Source of the DNA: Polyangiales bacterium
GTDB lineage: Bacteria; Myxococcota_A; Polyangia; Polyangiales; Ga0077539
Length of the DNA stretch: 64,000 nt
Direction of reading: 5' to 3'
Assembly (NCBI GenBank): GCA_044229975.1
Contig: JBGARZ010000008.1
Location: 288,001-352,000 of the forward strand
This document shows, in pieces, positions 37,465-48,408 of the stretch (positions are counted from its first letter, which is position 1; each line of letters begins with the position of its first letter). A model generated the notes under the pieces. That model saw only the letters and a program-made list of their open reading frames with translations, did no database searches and was not told where the DNA came from. Made by a program: the position numbers and the translations under genes.

Positions 37465-40400
37465 ATGGGTCGAACACGAGCCTGGTCCGTCTTGCTGGCG
37501 GCGGTGCTGCTGGCCGCGTGTAGCGGTAACTCCTCGGTGGTCGGTGGCTTCGACGACGTCTATGTCACGGCCGACGCCTCGACCGACACGAGCCCCGACA
37601 TCGGCGCCCCCGACGTCGCCTTCGACGCCACGATGGACGTCGCCTTCGACGCCGCGATGGACGCGCCGGACGTCCCCCGCGGAGGCTGTCGCGACAACAC
37701 CGACTGCGCCGGCGACGAGCTCGGCAACCGCATCTGCGACGTCGCCGCGGGCCGCTGCGTCGCCTGCACGCCGACCAACCGCGGGTCGTGCGGCAACGGG
37801 CAGTACTGCACCGCCGGCAACCGCTGCGAGGCGGGCTGTAGCGTCGACGGCGACTGCGCCGCGAGCGGCGACGCGGGCGCGCCCGGCGACGGCTCGACGC
37901 CGATGGGTCTGCGCTGCGACGTCGCCCGCCACGCGTGCGTGTCCTGCGTGACCGACGAGCACTGCGCCGTGGGCCAGGTCTGCCAGGCGGGCGCCTGCGT
38001 CGCGGGCTGCAACGAGCGCCGCGGCTGCCCCACCGGCCAGGCGTGCTGCGGCGCGGCCTGCGTCAACGTGCAGGACGACCCGCTCCGCTGCGGCACCTGC
38101 GGAACCGTCTGCCCGGGAGGCAACAACGCCGCCCCGGCCTGCTCGATGGGCGCGTGCACCCGCCGCTGCCTGCCGGGCTTCGCCGACTGCGACGGCGACA
38201 CCACCAACGGCTGCGAGGTCTCGCTGGAGGGTTCGGCCAACTGCGGTGGCTGCGGGCGCGCGTGCACCGGCGCGACGCCGCTCTGCTCGACCACTGCGGG
38301 CGCCTCGCGCTGTGTCTCCGGCTGCGAGGCCGCCCAGACGCGCTGCGGGTCGGTCTGCGCCGACCTCCAGAACGACGCCACCGACTGCGGCCGCTGCGGC
38401 AACGCCTGCCCCGGCGGTGCCAACGCGACGGGTTCGTGCGCGGCGGGCGCGTGCCGCCTCGCTTGCAACACCGGCTTCGCCGACTGCGACGGTGACCCCT
38501 CCAACGGCTGCGAGGCCAACCTCAACACCGGGGCGTCGAGCTGCGGCGCATGCGGAACGGTCTGCCCCTCCGGCGGCAACAGCACGGCCTCGTGCCTCGC
38601 GGGCCGCTGCCGCCTCGCGTGTACCACGGGCTACGCCGACTGCGACGCCAACCCGGTCAACGGGTGCGAGGTCAACGTGCTCACCTCGTCGGGGAGCTGC
38701 GGCACCTGCGGGCGCACCTGCCCGGGCGGCGCCAACGGCTCGGCCACGTGCAGCAACGGCACCTGCCAGCTCGCCTGCAACCCGGGCTTCGGCGATTGCG
38801 ACGGCGACGCCTCCAACGGCTGCGAGCAGGCGCTCGACAACGCCATGCACTGCGGCCGCTGCGCCAACTCCTGCTCCGCCTCGACGCCCGTGTGCGCCGC
38901 CGCGATGGGCGCGAGCGCCACCTGCACCAGCGGCTGCACCGGAGGGCAACAACGCTGCGGTAGCACCTGCGTCGACCCGCAGACCGACCCCGACCACTGC
39001 GGCGACTGCACGACCGTCTGCCGCACGACGCCCAACACCCGCGCGACCTGCGCGCTCGGTCGCTGCGGCACCACCTGCACCCCGGGCTTCGCCGACTGCG
39101 ACGGCGACGCCTCCAACGGCTGCGAGGTCAACACGCAGGTGAGCACGACCCACTGCGGCGCGTGCAACAACACCTGCCGCGCCGGGCAGAACGCCACCGT
39201 CGCCTGCGTGTCGAGCCAGTGCCGCGCCACCTGCAACGTCGGCTACGGCGACTGCGACACGATCGAGCTCAACGGCTGCGAGGCCAACCTGCTCACGGCC
39301 ACCGCGCACTGCGGCGGCTGCGGGCGCGTGTGTCCAGCGGCGCCCAACGCGGTGCCGACGTGCGGCGATGGTCTGTGCGCGTTTCGTTGCGTGACGGGCT
39401 TCGCGGACTGCGACGGTAGCGCCGCCAACGGCTGCGAGGTCTCCCTCGACAGCGCCACCAACTGCGGCGCGTGCGGGCGGGTCTGCGGCGCCGCGACGCC
39501 CCTCTGCTCGACCGCGGGCGCGAGCCCGACGTGCATCTCCGGCTGCGCCACGTCACAGGTCCGCTGCGGCAGCAGCTGCGTCGACCTGCAGAGCGATCCG
39601 ACCAACTGCGGCGCCTGCGGGGCCGCCTGCGCCACCGGGCCCAACGCGACGCGCACCTGCACCACCGGGCGCTGCGGCGTCACCTGCGCGACGGGCTTCG
39701 GCGACTGCGACAACGCGCCCTCCAACGGCTGCGAGGTGGCCTTCGCCGCCGACGACGCCAACTGCGGCGCCTGCGGCCGCGCGTGCCCGTCGACGCAGAC
39801 CTGCGCCGCGGGCGTCTGCCGCGATCGCTGCACCGCGGGGCTCACCTTCTGCGCGAGCTCCTGCGTCAACACGCAGAACGACAACAACCACTGCGGCGCC
39901 TGCGGCACCGCCTGCGGGACGGGGCGCTACTGCCTCGCGGGCGTGTGCCGCTCGGGCAACGTCTCGACGGTGACGTCGGGCAACGACCACGTGTGCGCGA
40001 TTCGCGGATCGGGCACCGTCTGGTGCTGGGGCTACAACGGCTGGGGTCAGCTCGGTAACGGCAACACCACCAGCAGCCTGGTGCTCCAGCAGGTGTCGGG
40101 CATCACCAACGCGGTGGAGGTCGGGGCCTCCGGGGGGAGCTCGTTTGCGCGCCTCGCCGACGGCACGGTCGTGGGCTGGGGCCTGCACTACGGCGCCGGC
40201 GAGCTGGGCGACGGGAGCATGGTCACGCAGCGCCTCGCGCCGGTGCGGGTCGTCGGGCTGACGGACATCGTCGACATCGCGTCGGGCGGCTGGGCGCATA
40301 GCTGCGCGGTCGACGCCACCGGCCGCGTCTGGTGCTGGGGCTGGAACAACTACGCCCAGCTCGGCGACGGCAGCACCGCGAGCCGCGTGGCGCCGGGCCT

Positions 40401-41058
40401 GGTCGCGGGCCTCACGACGGCGGTCGAGGCGTGCGCGGGCTACGTCCATAGCTGCGCGCGCCTGCAGGACGGCACCGTTCGCTGCTGGGGTTACAACGGC
40501 AACGGGCAGCTCGGCACGGGCAACACCACCAACGCCGCCACCCCGGCCGCGGTGGTGGGCATCTCCACGGCGGTGGAGATCGCGTGCGGCACGAGCCACA
40601 CCTGCGCGCGCCTCGCCAACGGCACGGTGCAGTGCTGGGGCTACAACGGCTACGGCCAGCTCGGCGACGGCACCACCGCGACGCGCGTGGCGCCGGGCCT
40701 GGTGGCGGGCCTCACCGACGCGGTCGAGATCGCGACGGGCGACGACGTATGGCGCGGCAACCAGTCGGGCTCGTCGGCCGACCGGAGCTGCGCGCGCCGC
40801 GCGGGCGGGACGATCGTGTGCTGGGGCTACAACGGCTACGGCGGCATCGGCGACGGCACCACCACCACCCGGTATGTTCCGACGACGGTGCTGGGCATCA
40901 CCGACGCGACGGAGATCGACGCGTCGGGCCGCTACCACACCTGCGCGCGACGGGCAGGCGGCGTGCTCTCCTGCTGGGGCTACGGCGGCAACGGCCAGAT
41001 GGGCGACGGAACGGCCAACAGCCGCAGCGCCCCCGGCCTCGTCGTCGGCTTCCCCTGA
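37465..41058 (+). CDS. Giant Cys-rich lipoprotein with C-terminal RCC1 beta-propeller
   Basis: Lipobox LAAC, many DCDGDxxNGCE and NCGACGxxC repeats, seven CWGxNxxGQLGDG-type repeats. Confidence 0.88.
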   Translation: MGRTRAWSVLLAAVLLAACSGNSSVVGGFDDVYVTADASTDTSPDIGAPDVAFDATMDVAFDAAMDAPDVPRGGCRDNTDCAGDELGNRICDVAAGRCVACTPTNRGSCGNGQYCTAGNRCEAGCSVDGDCAASGDAGAPGDGSTPMGLRCDVARHACVSCVTDEHCAVGQVCQAGACVAGCNERRGCPTGQACCGAACVNVQDDPLRCGTCGTVCPGGNNAAPACSMGACTRRCLPGFADCDGDTTNGCEVSLEGSANCGGCGRACTGATPLCSTTAGASRCVSGCEAAQTRCGSVCADLQNDATDCGRCGNACPGGANATGSCAAGACRLACNTGFADCDGDPSNGCEANLNTGASSCGACGTVCPSGGNSTASCLAGRCRLACTTGYADCDANPVNGCEVNVLTSSGSCGTCGRTCPGGANGSATCSNGTCQLACNPGFGDCDGDASNGCEQALDNAMHCGRCANSCSASTPVCAAAMGASATCTSGCTGGQQRCGSTCVDPQTDPDHCGDCTTVCRTTPNTRATCALGRCGTTCTPGFADCDGDASNGCEVNTQVSTTHCGACNNTCRAGQNATVACVSSQCRATCNVGYGDCDTIELNGCEANLLTATAHCGGCGRVCPAAPNAVPTCGDGLCAFRCVTGFADCDGSAANGCEVSLDSATNCGACGRVCGAATPLCSTAGASPTCISGCATSQVRCGSSCVDLQSDPTNCGACGAACATGPNATRTCTTGRCGVTCATGFGDCDNAPSNGCEVAFAADDANCGACGRACPSTQTCAAGVCRDRCTAGLTFCASSCVNTQNDNNHCGACGTACGTGRYCLAGVCRSGNVSTVTSGNDHVCAIRGSGTVWCWGYNGWGQLGNGNTTSSLVLQQVSGITNAVEVGASGGSSFARLADGTVVGWGLHYGAGELGDGSMVTQRLAPVRVVGLTDIVDIASGGWAHSCAVDATGRVWCWGWNNYAQLGDGSTASRVAPGLVAGLTTAVEACAGYVHSCARLQDGTVRCWGYNGNGQLGTGNTTNAATPAAVVGISTAVEIACGTSHTCARLANGTVQCWGYNGYGQLGDGTTATRVAPGLVAGLTDAVEIATGDDVWRGNQSGSSADRSCARRAGGTIVCWGYNGYGGIGDGTTTTRYVPTTVLGITDATEIDASGRYHTCARRAGGVLSCWGYGGNGQMGDGTANSRSAPGLVVGFP

Positions 41059-41108
41059 CCGCTACTCTCTCCCCTCCCCCACCCACGACATCATCATCGT
41101 CGCCGCTC

Positions 41109-41918
41109 TCACTTCCGGCGGTCGAGCCCGAGCTTGTAGCGGGTCACCCGGTCGATCACGCCCGGCGCGATGAGTCGCACCCACGGCGACAGCTTGCCCG
41201 GCAGCGTCATCAGCAGCTCACGCTTCTCCGCGCGCGTCGCGTCGAGGATGAGCCGCGCGCACTCCTCGGCGGTCATTTGCTCGTCGTCGGGGAGCTCGGC
41301 CGCGGTCGCGCCGCGCCCCTGGGCCTTGCTCACCTCGCGAATGGGCGTCGCCACGGAGCCCGGGCAGGCGATGGTGATACCGATCTCGGTGCCCACCTCG
41401 GCGCGCAGCGAGTCGAAGAACCCGTGCACGGCGTGCTTGCTCGCCGCATACGCGGTGCGGGTCGGGAGGGAGGCGACGCCGATGAGGCTCGACACCACGA
41501 CGATGCGGCCGCGCGATCGACGGAGGTGCGGCAGCGCCTGGGCGGTGAGGGCCACCGCGGCGAAGTAGTTGGTCTCCATGATGGCGCGCGCCGTCGCGAG
41601 CGGGTCGGGCAGCTCTTCGAAGAGGGCGTTCATGGAGATGCCCGCGTTGATGACGAGGAGGTCGAGGCCACCGAGGGCGTCGACGGCGCGGTCGACGAGC
41701 GCGCGGCAGGCGGCCTCGGTGTCGAGGTCGACGGGCAGCACATGGGCGACGGCCGCGGGGTCGGCGCGACGCACGCGATCGGCGACGGCGTCGAGGAGCT
41801 CGCGACGACGGGCGGCGAGGCCGACGTGGGCGGCGACGGCGCCGAGCTGGACGGCGAGCTCGGCGCCGATGCCGCTGGATGCTCCGGTGACGAGGGCGCG
41901 CGTTCGGTCGAGCTTCAT
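41109..41918 (-). CDS. SDR family oxidoreductase
   Basis: TGASSGIG, INAG, YAASK. Confidence 0.94.
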   Translation of the reverse strand: MKLDRTRALVTGASSGIGAELAVQLGAVAAHVGLAARRRELLDAVADRVRRADPAAVAHVLPVDLDTEAACRALVDRAVDALGGLDLLVINAGISMNALFEELPDPLATARAIMETNYFAAVALTAQALPHLRRSRGRIVVVSSLIGVASLPTRTAYAASKHAVHGFFDSLRAEVGTEIGITIACPGSVATPIREVSKAQGRGATAAELPDDEQMTAEECARLILDATRAEKRELLMTLPGKLSPWVRLIAPGVIDRVTRYKLGLDRRK

Positions 41919-41991
41919 GGCGCGGAGGGTGCCATCGGATTGGACCGTTGGACTACGGTGACGAGCGACACGCGGCGGTGAGCGCGACGAT

Positions 41992-42417
41992 TCAGGCGCC
42001 TGCCGATCGCATCGCGTCGAGCACCGCTCTCGCGCGCTCCAACTCGCGGTCGTCGGTGACGGCAGGGTCATCCCATTCGGCGACGCTGACCCAGCGATCG
42101 CGCTGCGATGGTTCGATCACTCGCTCCTGATCGTCGACCAGCACGACCTCTGCGGGCGTGGCGCCTCGCACGAAGCACAGGTCCTTCACCCTGCCCTGCC
42201 ACGCGACGATCTCCACATCCGCGAACGCCGCGGGCGCGTCGCCGTACTCGACCAGCGTGGCAAGCACCGATCGCGCGACCTCCGACCGCACCGAGGTGAA
42301 GATCACCACCCGCTCAAACGAGGCGAGCGCCCACACGAGGAAGTCCCGTAGGCCCGGTCGCGGGAACTGGCTGACCGCGCTGGAGATGAGCGTGCCCTCC
42401 AGGTCGAGCGCGAGCAC
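41992..42417 (-). CDS. HAD/NIF-like phosphatase
   Basis: LALDLEGTL, RPGLRDFL, VIFTS, KDL, VLVDD; start uncertain. Confidence 0.78.
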   Translation of the reverse strand: MLALDLEGTLISSAVSQFPRPGLRDFLVWALASFERVVIFTSVRSEVARSVLATLVEYGDAPAAFADVEIVAWQGRVKDLCFVRGATPAEVVLVDDQERVIEPSQRDRWVSVAEWDDPAVTDDRELERARAVLDAMRSAGA

Positions 42418-42442
42418 CCGAGGCGGGGCGTTGACGATGCGG

Positions 42443-43342
42443 TCAGTGATGACGTCCTCCGTGATGTCTGGGTGATCGAACCCTCGTCGGGACCGCCTCC
42501 TCGGTCGCTACAGGTGCTGCGGATGCCGCTTCCGGTGCGGGCTCGCTCGCAGGAGGAACGGCAGGCGGGGGCGCAGCAATCGGTATTGTGGGGAGATCCT
42601 CTCGCGCGAGCGTAGCGACTCGCTGGGCCTCCTCGTCGATCAGTACCAGTCCATCGTCGGTGACGGTGAAGTGGTCGAACTCGATCTGCCCCGACGCTGG
42701 GCAGTCCACCGCGAACGTGATGCGGCCTCCAGGCGATACGCGGATCGTTCCGCGGGCCGCCTGCGGCGCCTCCGAGCCGCGCACGGAGACCAGCTCGAAG
42801 GCCCCAGACCGGACGCGCAGCATCATGCGCCGCTCGAACAGGTTGGCGAACGACCGATGGCTCTCCGTACGCACGAGCGCGTAGAGGCCGTCCTGGATGC
42901 TTCCACCCGTCGCGACCGGGAGCGCCCCGCGGACCGTGACGTCGGTCACCAGACGCGCGAGTTCAGAGAACCTGAGGTCGTGGCAGGCAGACACCCAGTT
43001 ATGCTGTGGTGGGGATGGCGGTGGTGGCCGCTCGATCGCCACCGCTGGTGCTGGCGCGACGGAGGAGCCGTGCGACTCCGTGCTGGTCGACGCCACGGTC
43101 GTCTGCGGCGCTGGGTCCACCTCGGGCAGCGGGCCGTCGATCACCGCCTCGACGCAGGTCGTTGGTCCTGGCCGGGTGGGCGTCGGGCAGTACCAGATGC
43201 TCGACGACAGCGGCAGCGTGAACAACGTCTCGACGCGGGTGAACCAGACCTCATCGGTGTGCGACTGGTTGCCGCCGCCGACGCTCCCGATGGTGCTGCA
43301 TCCCGCCACCAACAACGCCGCCAACGGGGCGACGCGCTTCAC
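42443..43342 (-). CDS. Hypothetical lipoprotein
   Basis: VKRVAPLAALLVAGC lipobox; Pro-rich linkers. Confidence 0.65.
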   Translation of the reverse strand: MKRVAPLAALLVAGCSTIGSVGGGNQSHTDEVWFTRVETLFTLPLSSSIWYCPTPTRPGPTTCVEAVIDGPLPEVDPAPQTTVASTSTESHGSSVAPAPAVAIERPPPPSPPQHNWVSACHDLRFSELARLVTDVTVRGALPVATGGSIQDGLYALVRTESHRSFANLFERRMMLRVRSGAFELVSVRGSEAPQAARGTIRVSPGGRITFAVDCPASGQIEFDHFTVTDDGLVLIDEEAQRVATLAREDLPTIPIAAPPPAVPPASEPAPEAASAAPVATEEAVPTRVRSPRHHGGRHH

Positions 43343-43548
43343 CGGCGCACCGCGACGGCGCCGTGCCGGTTGATGGAGGTCCAACAGCGCGGGACTTCGT
43401 TGATGACGTTGCAGTGGAGGAGGTCGTCGCCGAGGGTGACGAAGGCACTCCCCGGCGTCCCCGTGTGCGCCACATAGTGGGTCGCGCATCCGCCCAACGC
43501 AGCGCTCGAAAACGCGATCAGACAAGCCCGGGCGGCGTCCGCCCCCAT
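43339..43548 (-). CDS. Small putative lipoprotein
   Basis: Lipobox LGGC; stop overlaps the next GTG start (GTGA). Confidence 0.45.
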   Translation of the reverse strand: MGADAARACLIAFSSAALGGCATHYVAHTGTPGSAFVTLGDDLLHCNVINEVPRCWTSINRHGAVAVRR

Positions 43549-43731
43549 CCGCCGAGTACCGCTCAATGGCCGCTCCCGCGCCCGACCTCGGGCGATGCGC
43601 GCTCATACGCTGCGATATCCGCGTCCGGTCAAGAAAGCGCTGGCTGTTCGGCGCGGATGCTCGGGGTCACCTCGCGGATCGAGGCGCTCATCGAACCGCT
43701 GCCACCGCTCAGAGCGGTCGAGCGTCACCCA

Positions 43732-45261
43732 TCAGCGCACGAGCCCGACGTCGAGCTCCACCCGCCACGAGCCGTGCGATGGGTCATCCCAGATGGCCAT
43801 GGTCCCGGCGTGCGAGTCGATGCTCAGCCCAGGGTCGCGGTCGATCCGCGTGCCCGACGGATCGGCGCCGGACACGAGCGCCCGCTGCTCGTCGAAGGTG
43901 CAGTCGAAGAACCCGCGGGTGTCGCCCCCATAGAGCCACACGCCCCCGCAGCGAACCTCCGTCTGGCACTGGTAGCCCGCGCGCGTCGGCCGCCGCGACA
44001 CCGCGAACGCGCACGTCGCCCCGACGGTCGCGCGCGCCGGTCCGGAGATGCTCCGCACGCGCGCCGTGAAGGCCAACGACGGGGCCGCGCGGCGCAGGTC
44101 GAGCCGCTCCGTCCACGGCCACCCGAAGGCACCCGCGTGCGTTTGCAGGGTCATCAGGTCACCCGTGTTGAGCCCACGAAAGGTCGCCGCCGAGACCTGC
44201 ATCTCCACCACGCGATGCGGCTCGTCCCACCACCGAACATCCAGGTACCGGTGTTCGACCTTCCCCCCGCCACGGTGCCGCCGCACGATCATCGCCTCAC
44301 GCGCGACGGCGTCGCTCCCATCGAAGGCCGCGTTGGCCAGGAAGAGCACCTCCGGCCCGAGGACCAGCAGCGCCGGCACGCTGCACAGCACCACCGTGAG
44401 GAAGTTGCGAAACGACCGCGAGTGCCCGCGCACGCGGAGCCACGTCGCCGGGATGAGCAGCAACCACACGAGCCCCATCACCGACGCGGCCTTGTCCTGG
44501 TCGGCCGGGAGCAACGGCGAGCGATAGTCGACGTACCCGATGGGCAGCACGTACAGCCCGAAGAGCGTCACGACGAAGGCCGCAAACGCGACCGTCGCCA
44601 TCACGTCGCCCGGCCGCCGCGACGGCGCGGGGAGGTCCCTCGGGTCGATCGCGGGCACCGCCGTCACCAGCGCCGACAGCGCTTCGAGGGCGCGCTCGAC
44701 CTCCTCGCGAGGAGGCATGACCCCGAGCGTTCCGCCGACGCGCACCGCCGCGGCGTCGGGGCCGAGGCGCACGTACGGCTGCATCGCGAGCAGCGCCTCC
44801 ACCGCCGCGCGTGCCTCCGCGGAGCCCAGCGCGCGCTGCACCAGCGCCTCGGGGTCGTCGGTCTCAAGGTACACGCGCGCGTCGAAGCCCGCGTCGCCGG
44901 TCTGCGTCTCGCGGTTGAGACCTAGGCGCTTGCCCAGGCGATCGAGGCCGGTCTCGCGGCGCGCGTAGATGCGCGGCAGCGACGGCCCGCGCAGCACCAC
45001 CCAGTTGACCTCGTAGCGACCCCAGGGCTCCACCACGAGGGCCGCGCGCAGTCCCCGCCACGTGAACTCGGCGCCGCGCTGCGGTCGCGTCGACCACGGA
45101 ACGGTGATGTCCGTAGGCGGTCCTGCGCCGAGGGTCGGAGCGTAGGTGCTCAGGCGCTCGTCGCGACGTCGACGACGCGAGCGCTCGGCCAGCGGCATGA
45201 TGATGCCGACGACCAGCACCAGAACCAGCAGCATGATCGTGGCCATGACGGGGATGTCCAT
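43732..45261 (-). CDS. Hypothetical membrane protein
   Basis: N-terminal TM, ETQTGDAGFDARVY motif, further TMs, C-terminal CQTEVRCG..LYG domain. Confidence 0.72.
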   Translation of the reverse strand: MDIPVMATIMLLVLVLVVGIIMPLAERSRRRRRDERLSTYAPTLGAGPPTDITVPWSTRPQRGAEFTWRGLRAALVVEPWGRYEVNWVVLRGPSLPRIYARRETGLDRLGKRLGLNRETQTGDAGFDARVYLETDDPEALVQRALGSAEARAAVEALLAMQPYVRLGPDAAAVRVGGTLGVMPPREEVERALEALSALVTAVPAIDPRDLPAPSRRPGDVMATVAFAAFVVTLFGLYVLPIGYVDYRSPLLPADQDKAASVMGLVWLLLIPATWLRVRGHSRSFRNFLTVVLCSVPALLVLGPEVLFLANAAFDGSDAVAREAMIVRRHRGGGKVEHRYLDVRWWDEPHRVVEMQVSAATFRGLNTGDLMTLQTHAGAFGWPWTERLDLRRAAPSLAFTARVRSISGPARATVGATCAFAVSRRPTRAGYQCQTEVRCGGVWLYGGDTRGFFDCTFDEQRALVSGADPSGTRIDRDPGLSIDSHAGTMAIWDDPSHGSWRVELDVGLVR

Positions 45262-45434
45262 GTCGGCTGCGGCCGACAGTACACCCCTACACGCCGGGTC
45301 AGCGCGGCCCGGCGGAGCCGACGCGGGACGCCGCGCCCGCGCACACGCCGTCGCCGTCGGCACTTTGCAATCGAGCGCAGGGACCTATGCAGGGAAGCGC
45401 CCGCCCCGAACTCCCCGCACGGAGCCAACCCCTG

Positions 45435-45917
45435 ATGAACGCGATCTCCCTATTGGTCCAGCAGCACCGGCAGATGGAAGAGATGTTCGACGCGGCGTTG
45501 AAGGCTGCGGGGAAGCAGCGGACGAAGCTCTGCGGCGACGTCTCCGACGCACTGATGTCCCACGTGTCCGTCGAGGAGGAGTTCTTCTACCCGGCGGTGC
45601 GGGTGAAGCGCACCGAGGACGCCATCCACGAGTCGCTCGAAGAGCACCTGTCGCTCAAGCGCCTCGTGACCGACCTCCTCGACCTCGACGCGGCCGACCC
45701 CGCCTACGAGTCGAAGCTCCACGTCTTGAAGGAGCAGGCCGAGCACCACCACGAAGAGGAAGAAGAGAAGCTCTTCCCGCGGGTGAAGAAGCTCCTCACC
45801 GACGACGAGCTCGACGAGCTCGGCGACGACATGGAAGAGGCGCAGACGAAGCTCCTCGCGGGCCATCCGCGGGAGCTCGCGCGCAAGCAGACCGCCGCGG
45901 CCGCCGCGGTGAAGTAG
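45435..45917 (+). CDS. Hemerythrin HHE domain protein
   Basis: QQHRQME, HVSVEEEFFYP, EEH, HHHEEEEEKLFP. Confidence 0.9.
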   Translation: MNAISLLVQQHRQMEEMFDAALKAAGKQRTKLCGDVSDALMSHVSVEEEFFYPAVRVKRTEDAIHESLEEHLSLKRLVTDLLDLDAADPAYESKLHVLKEQAEHHHEEEEEKLFPRVKKLLTDDELDELGDDMEEAQTKLLAGHPRELARKQTAAAAAVK

Positions 45918-46087
45918 CGGGCGAACGATCTCTGCGAGCCGGTGAGTGCCAGCGAGCGCACTGCCACCACGACATGCCGACGATCAGCAGCCCGCGAGCG
46001 TCGACGGGACGCCGCGGGGCAGAGCGACGCCCCCATGACGATGCCTCCACGATGGTCGCTGGTGGCCGTGGCCTTCGTCGTCATGGC

Positions 46088-46423
46088 TTACAGCGTGCGT
46101 CGACACGCATCGCAGGCGTACACGAACGCCCCGACGCTCCGCATGCCCGTGTCGATCTCGACGTGCTCGGTCGCGACGGCCACCTTCCCGGCGCGCAGGC
46201 AGGGTTCGCACAGGTCGATGCCCGTCTGGAGAAACGCCTCACGCACGGCCGCGAAGCCCGCGCTGGCCTGGAGCGACTCCACGAATCCCGAAAGCTCCGC
46301 GAGGGTGCACGCGCCCTGGCTGAGGCCGCGCTCGCGCACGCGGGCCAGGAAGACGTCGAGCTTCTGCGGGGTCACAAGGCCGCGGAACACTGGCGCGGCT
46401 GGGCGCTTGCGGGGCCTGGTCAT
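46088..46423 (-). CDS. Small hypothetical protein with two CxxC motifs
   Basis: CEPC..CDAC; co-oriented with, and 30 nt downstream of, the GST gene. Confidence 0.45.
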   Translation of the reverse strand: MTRPRKRPAAPVFRGLVTPQKLDVFLARVRERGLSQGACTLAELSGFVESLQASAGFAAVREAFLQTGIDLCEPCLRAGKVAVATEHVEIDTGMRSVGAFVYACDACRRTL

Positions 46424-46453
46424 CGGTGGGGGTTCACGAGGGGGTTGCTTTGA

Positions 46454-47248
46454 TCAGACGAGGCCGAGCTCGGCGTCGGTCGCGATCGGGCCGGCCTTGT
46501 CCTGCGGAGGCCACGGCCGCTTTGACCAGTCGGGCTCGAAGACGAACGACGACCGCGTGCGCCCCGGCAACAGCGCCCCGTTTCCGGCCCCGCGCGCGTA
46601 GTCGTAATAGAGCTTGATGATCTCCTCGCGCGTCACCTGCTGCGCGGCGGGATGATGGAGACACGCCTCGCGCCAGTGCCGGACGCGGGCGTACTTCGGC
46701 TCGTCCGGGAGCTCGAAGCCCTCGTAGTACTCGACGAACCAGAAGCGCATGAACATCGGCGTGTAGACCGCCTCGACCCAGCCGAAGTCCGACCAGAGAA
46801 ACGTCTCGCCCTTCGCGTAGCGGACGAGCAGCGTGTCGAGCAGCGCGTACTGCGCCAGCAGCTTGTCGCGCAGCAGGTCGCGCTTCGAGGCGTCCTGGTT
46901 CATGACGTAGCCGTAGCCCGCGCCGACGAAGTCACTGCACACCGCGGCGAACATGTTCTCGACGCCGCGCTCGAAGGGGTCGCGCGACGCGACGCGAGGC
47001 TCGGGGAAGCGGTCTTCGACGTACTGCATGAGCACGAGGCTCTCGCGCAGGACACCTCCCTCCTCCGTCTCGAGAAACGGCAGCGCGCTCGTGCCGGGCG
47101 TCTTCGCGAGGAGCGCCGGGTCACGCGGCTTCGTGATGTCGACCACCTCGAAGGCGATCTGCCCCGCGAGCCCCTTGAGCGCGAGCAGGATCTCGAGGCG
47201 TTGGCTGAATGGACACACCGGGATGTGATGGACGACGAGCTTTGCCAT
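46454..47248 (-). CDS. Glutathione S-transferase (omega/lignin beta-etherase LigG-like)
   Basis: HHIPVCPFSQR, ALPFLE..LRESLVLMQY, FMRFWF..YY, IIKLYYDYA..GNG. Confidence 0.85.
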   Translation of the reverse strand: MAKLVVHHIPVCPFSQRLEILLALKGLAGQIAFEVVDITKPRDPALLAKTPGTSALPFLETEEGGVLRESLVLMQYVEDRFPEPRVASRDPFERGVENMFAAVCSDFVGAGYGYVMNQDASKRDLLRDKLLAQYALLDTLLVRYAKGETFLWSDFGWVEAVYTPMFMRFWFVEYYEGFELPDEPKYARVRHWREACLHHPAAQQVTREEIIKLYYDYARGAGNGALLPGRTRSSFVFEPDWSKRPWPPQDKAGPIATDAELGLV

Positions 47249-47417
47249 GGCGCGCGACGTTAACCCTCTCACCCCATCGTCGCGAGCGGCGGTAGTGTCC
47301 GGGCTCGCCGTAGGTCGGAGCGGGGCCACGGTCGTGGGCGCCGCTGGGAGCGACGCCGACTGCGCCTTCGGCGCCAACGTCATCGTCGACGGGCTCCATC
47401 GCAGGCAGTAGCGCGCC

Positions 47418-48311
47418 TCACCCCGACGTCCGCACGTCGACGTCCGGTCGCGCCCGGCGCAGCGCCTCCACCGCTCCGGCGTCGCGCCCGAGCGGCGTTG
47501 CCTTGAGGTCGAGCACGCGCAGCGCGGGCAGCACCTCGATCTGCTGGACGCCGAAGTCGGCCAGTGGGTTGCCCGAAAGGATGAGGCGTTCGAGCTGCGT
47601 CCAAGGCTGCATCGACAGGTCCACCGCGGCGAGCTGGTTGCCCATCAGCGAGAGGTCGCGACACGCGGTGAACCTCCCCAGCGCGCGAGGAAGCGCCGTC
47701 AGCTCGTCCCAGTCCAGCGCGATCGAACTGCGCGCGTCGACCGGATCGACTCCGCCGAGGAGCCCCTCCCAGTCGTCGAGGCGCGCCCGCGTGACGACCA
47801 CCGGCCAGTGAGCCGGGAGCGCCCGCAGGCTCTCCCGGTACGCCTCGAAGGACCGCGCCTTGAGCTCGTCCGCACACGCCCAATCGCCCACCCGGAGGTA
47901 CGCGTCGATGATCGCCGCAGGGCCTTCGCTCAAGGTCGCGTCCGCATAGCCCAGCGCCGCGAGTTCGCTGCGCAGGGACTCCCAGAGAGCGGCGAGCGTC
48001 GCGATCGCGCCATCGGTGCACGGTCCGACGGAAACGCTCACCGAGCAGGCGCTGAAGTGGTGCGCGTCCCCGCCGTCGTAGGACGTCTGGTGGCCCAGGG
48101 TGAAGTCCGCTCGCAGCGCACCCGCGAGCATCGCGGTCGCGCTCACCATGCGCGCGTAGTAGTCGCGGGGGTTGCCCTCCCACGCCGTGAAGCGTGGCTC
48201 CACGCGCTGACCGAGCGCCCGCCCGAACGCTTCGGTCAGCTCATCCAGGGGCGAACCCGCGGCCTTGCGAAACCGCAGCGACCAGAACACCGGCGGAGCG
48301 CTCACGGGCAT
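47418..48311 (-). CDS. Protein with C-terminal leucine-rich repeats
   Basis: LTALP..LSLMGNQL..LERLILSGNPL..LRVLDLKATPL. Confidence 0.75.
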   Translation of the reverse strand: MPVSAPPVFWSLRFRKAAGSPLDELTEAFGRALGQRVEPRFTAWEGNPRDYYARMVSATAMLAGALRADFTLGHQTSYDGGDAHHFSACSVSVSVGPCTDGAIATLAALWESLRSELAALGYADATLSEGPAAIIDAYLRVGDWACADELKARSFEAYRESLRALPAHWPVVVTRARLDDWEGLLGGVDPVDARSSIALDWDELTALPRALGRFTACRDLSLMGNQLAAVDLSMQPWTQLERLILSGNPLADFGVQQIEVLPALRVLDLKATPLGRDAGAVEALRRARPDVDVRTSG

Positions 48312-48408
48312 GGCGGGAGCCTATCGCGCCGCGACCCTCCGCGCGCGTTGGGCGTCGAGCAGAGTGGGTGACTCTCCGTTGGACCTCGCCATCGAGTAGG
48401 AAGACACC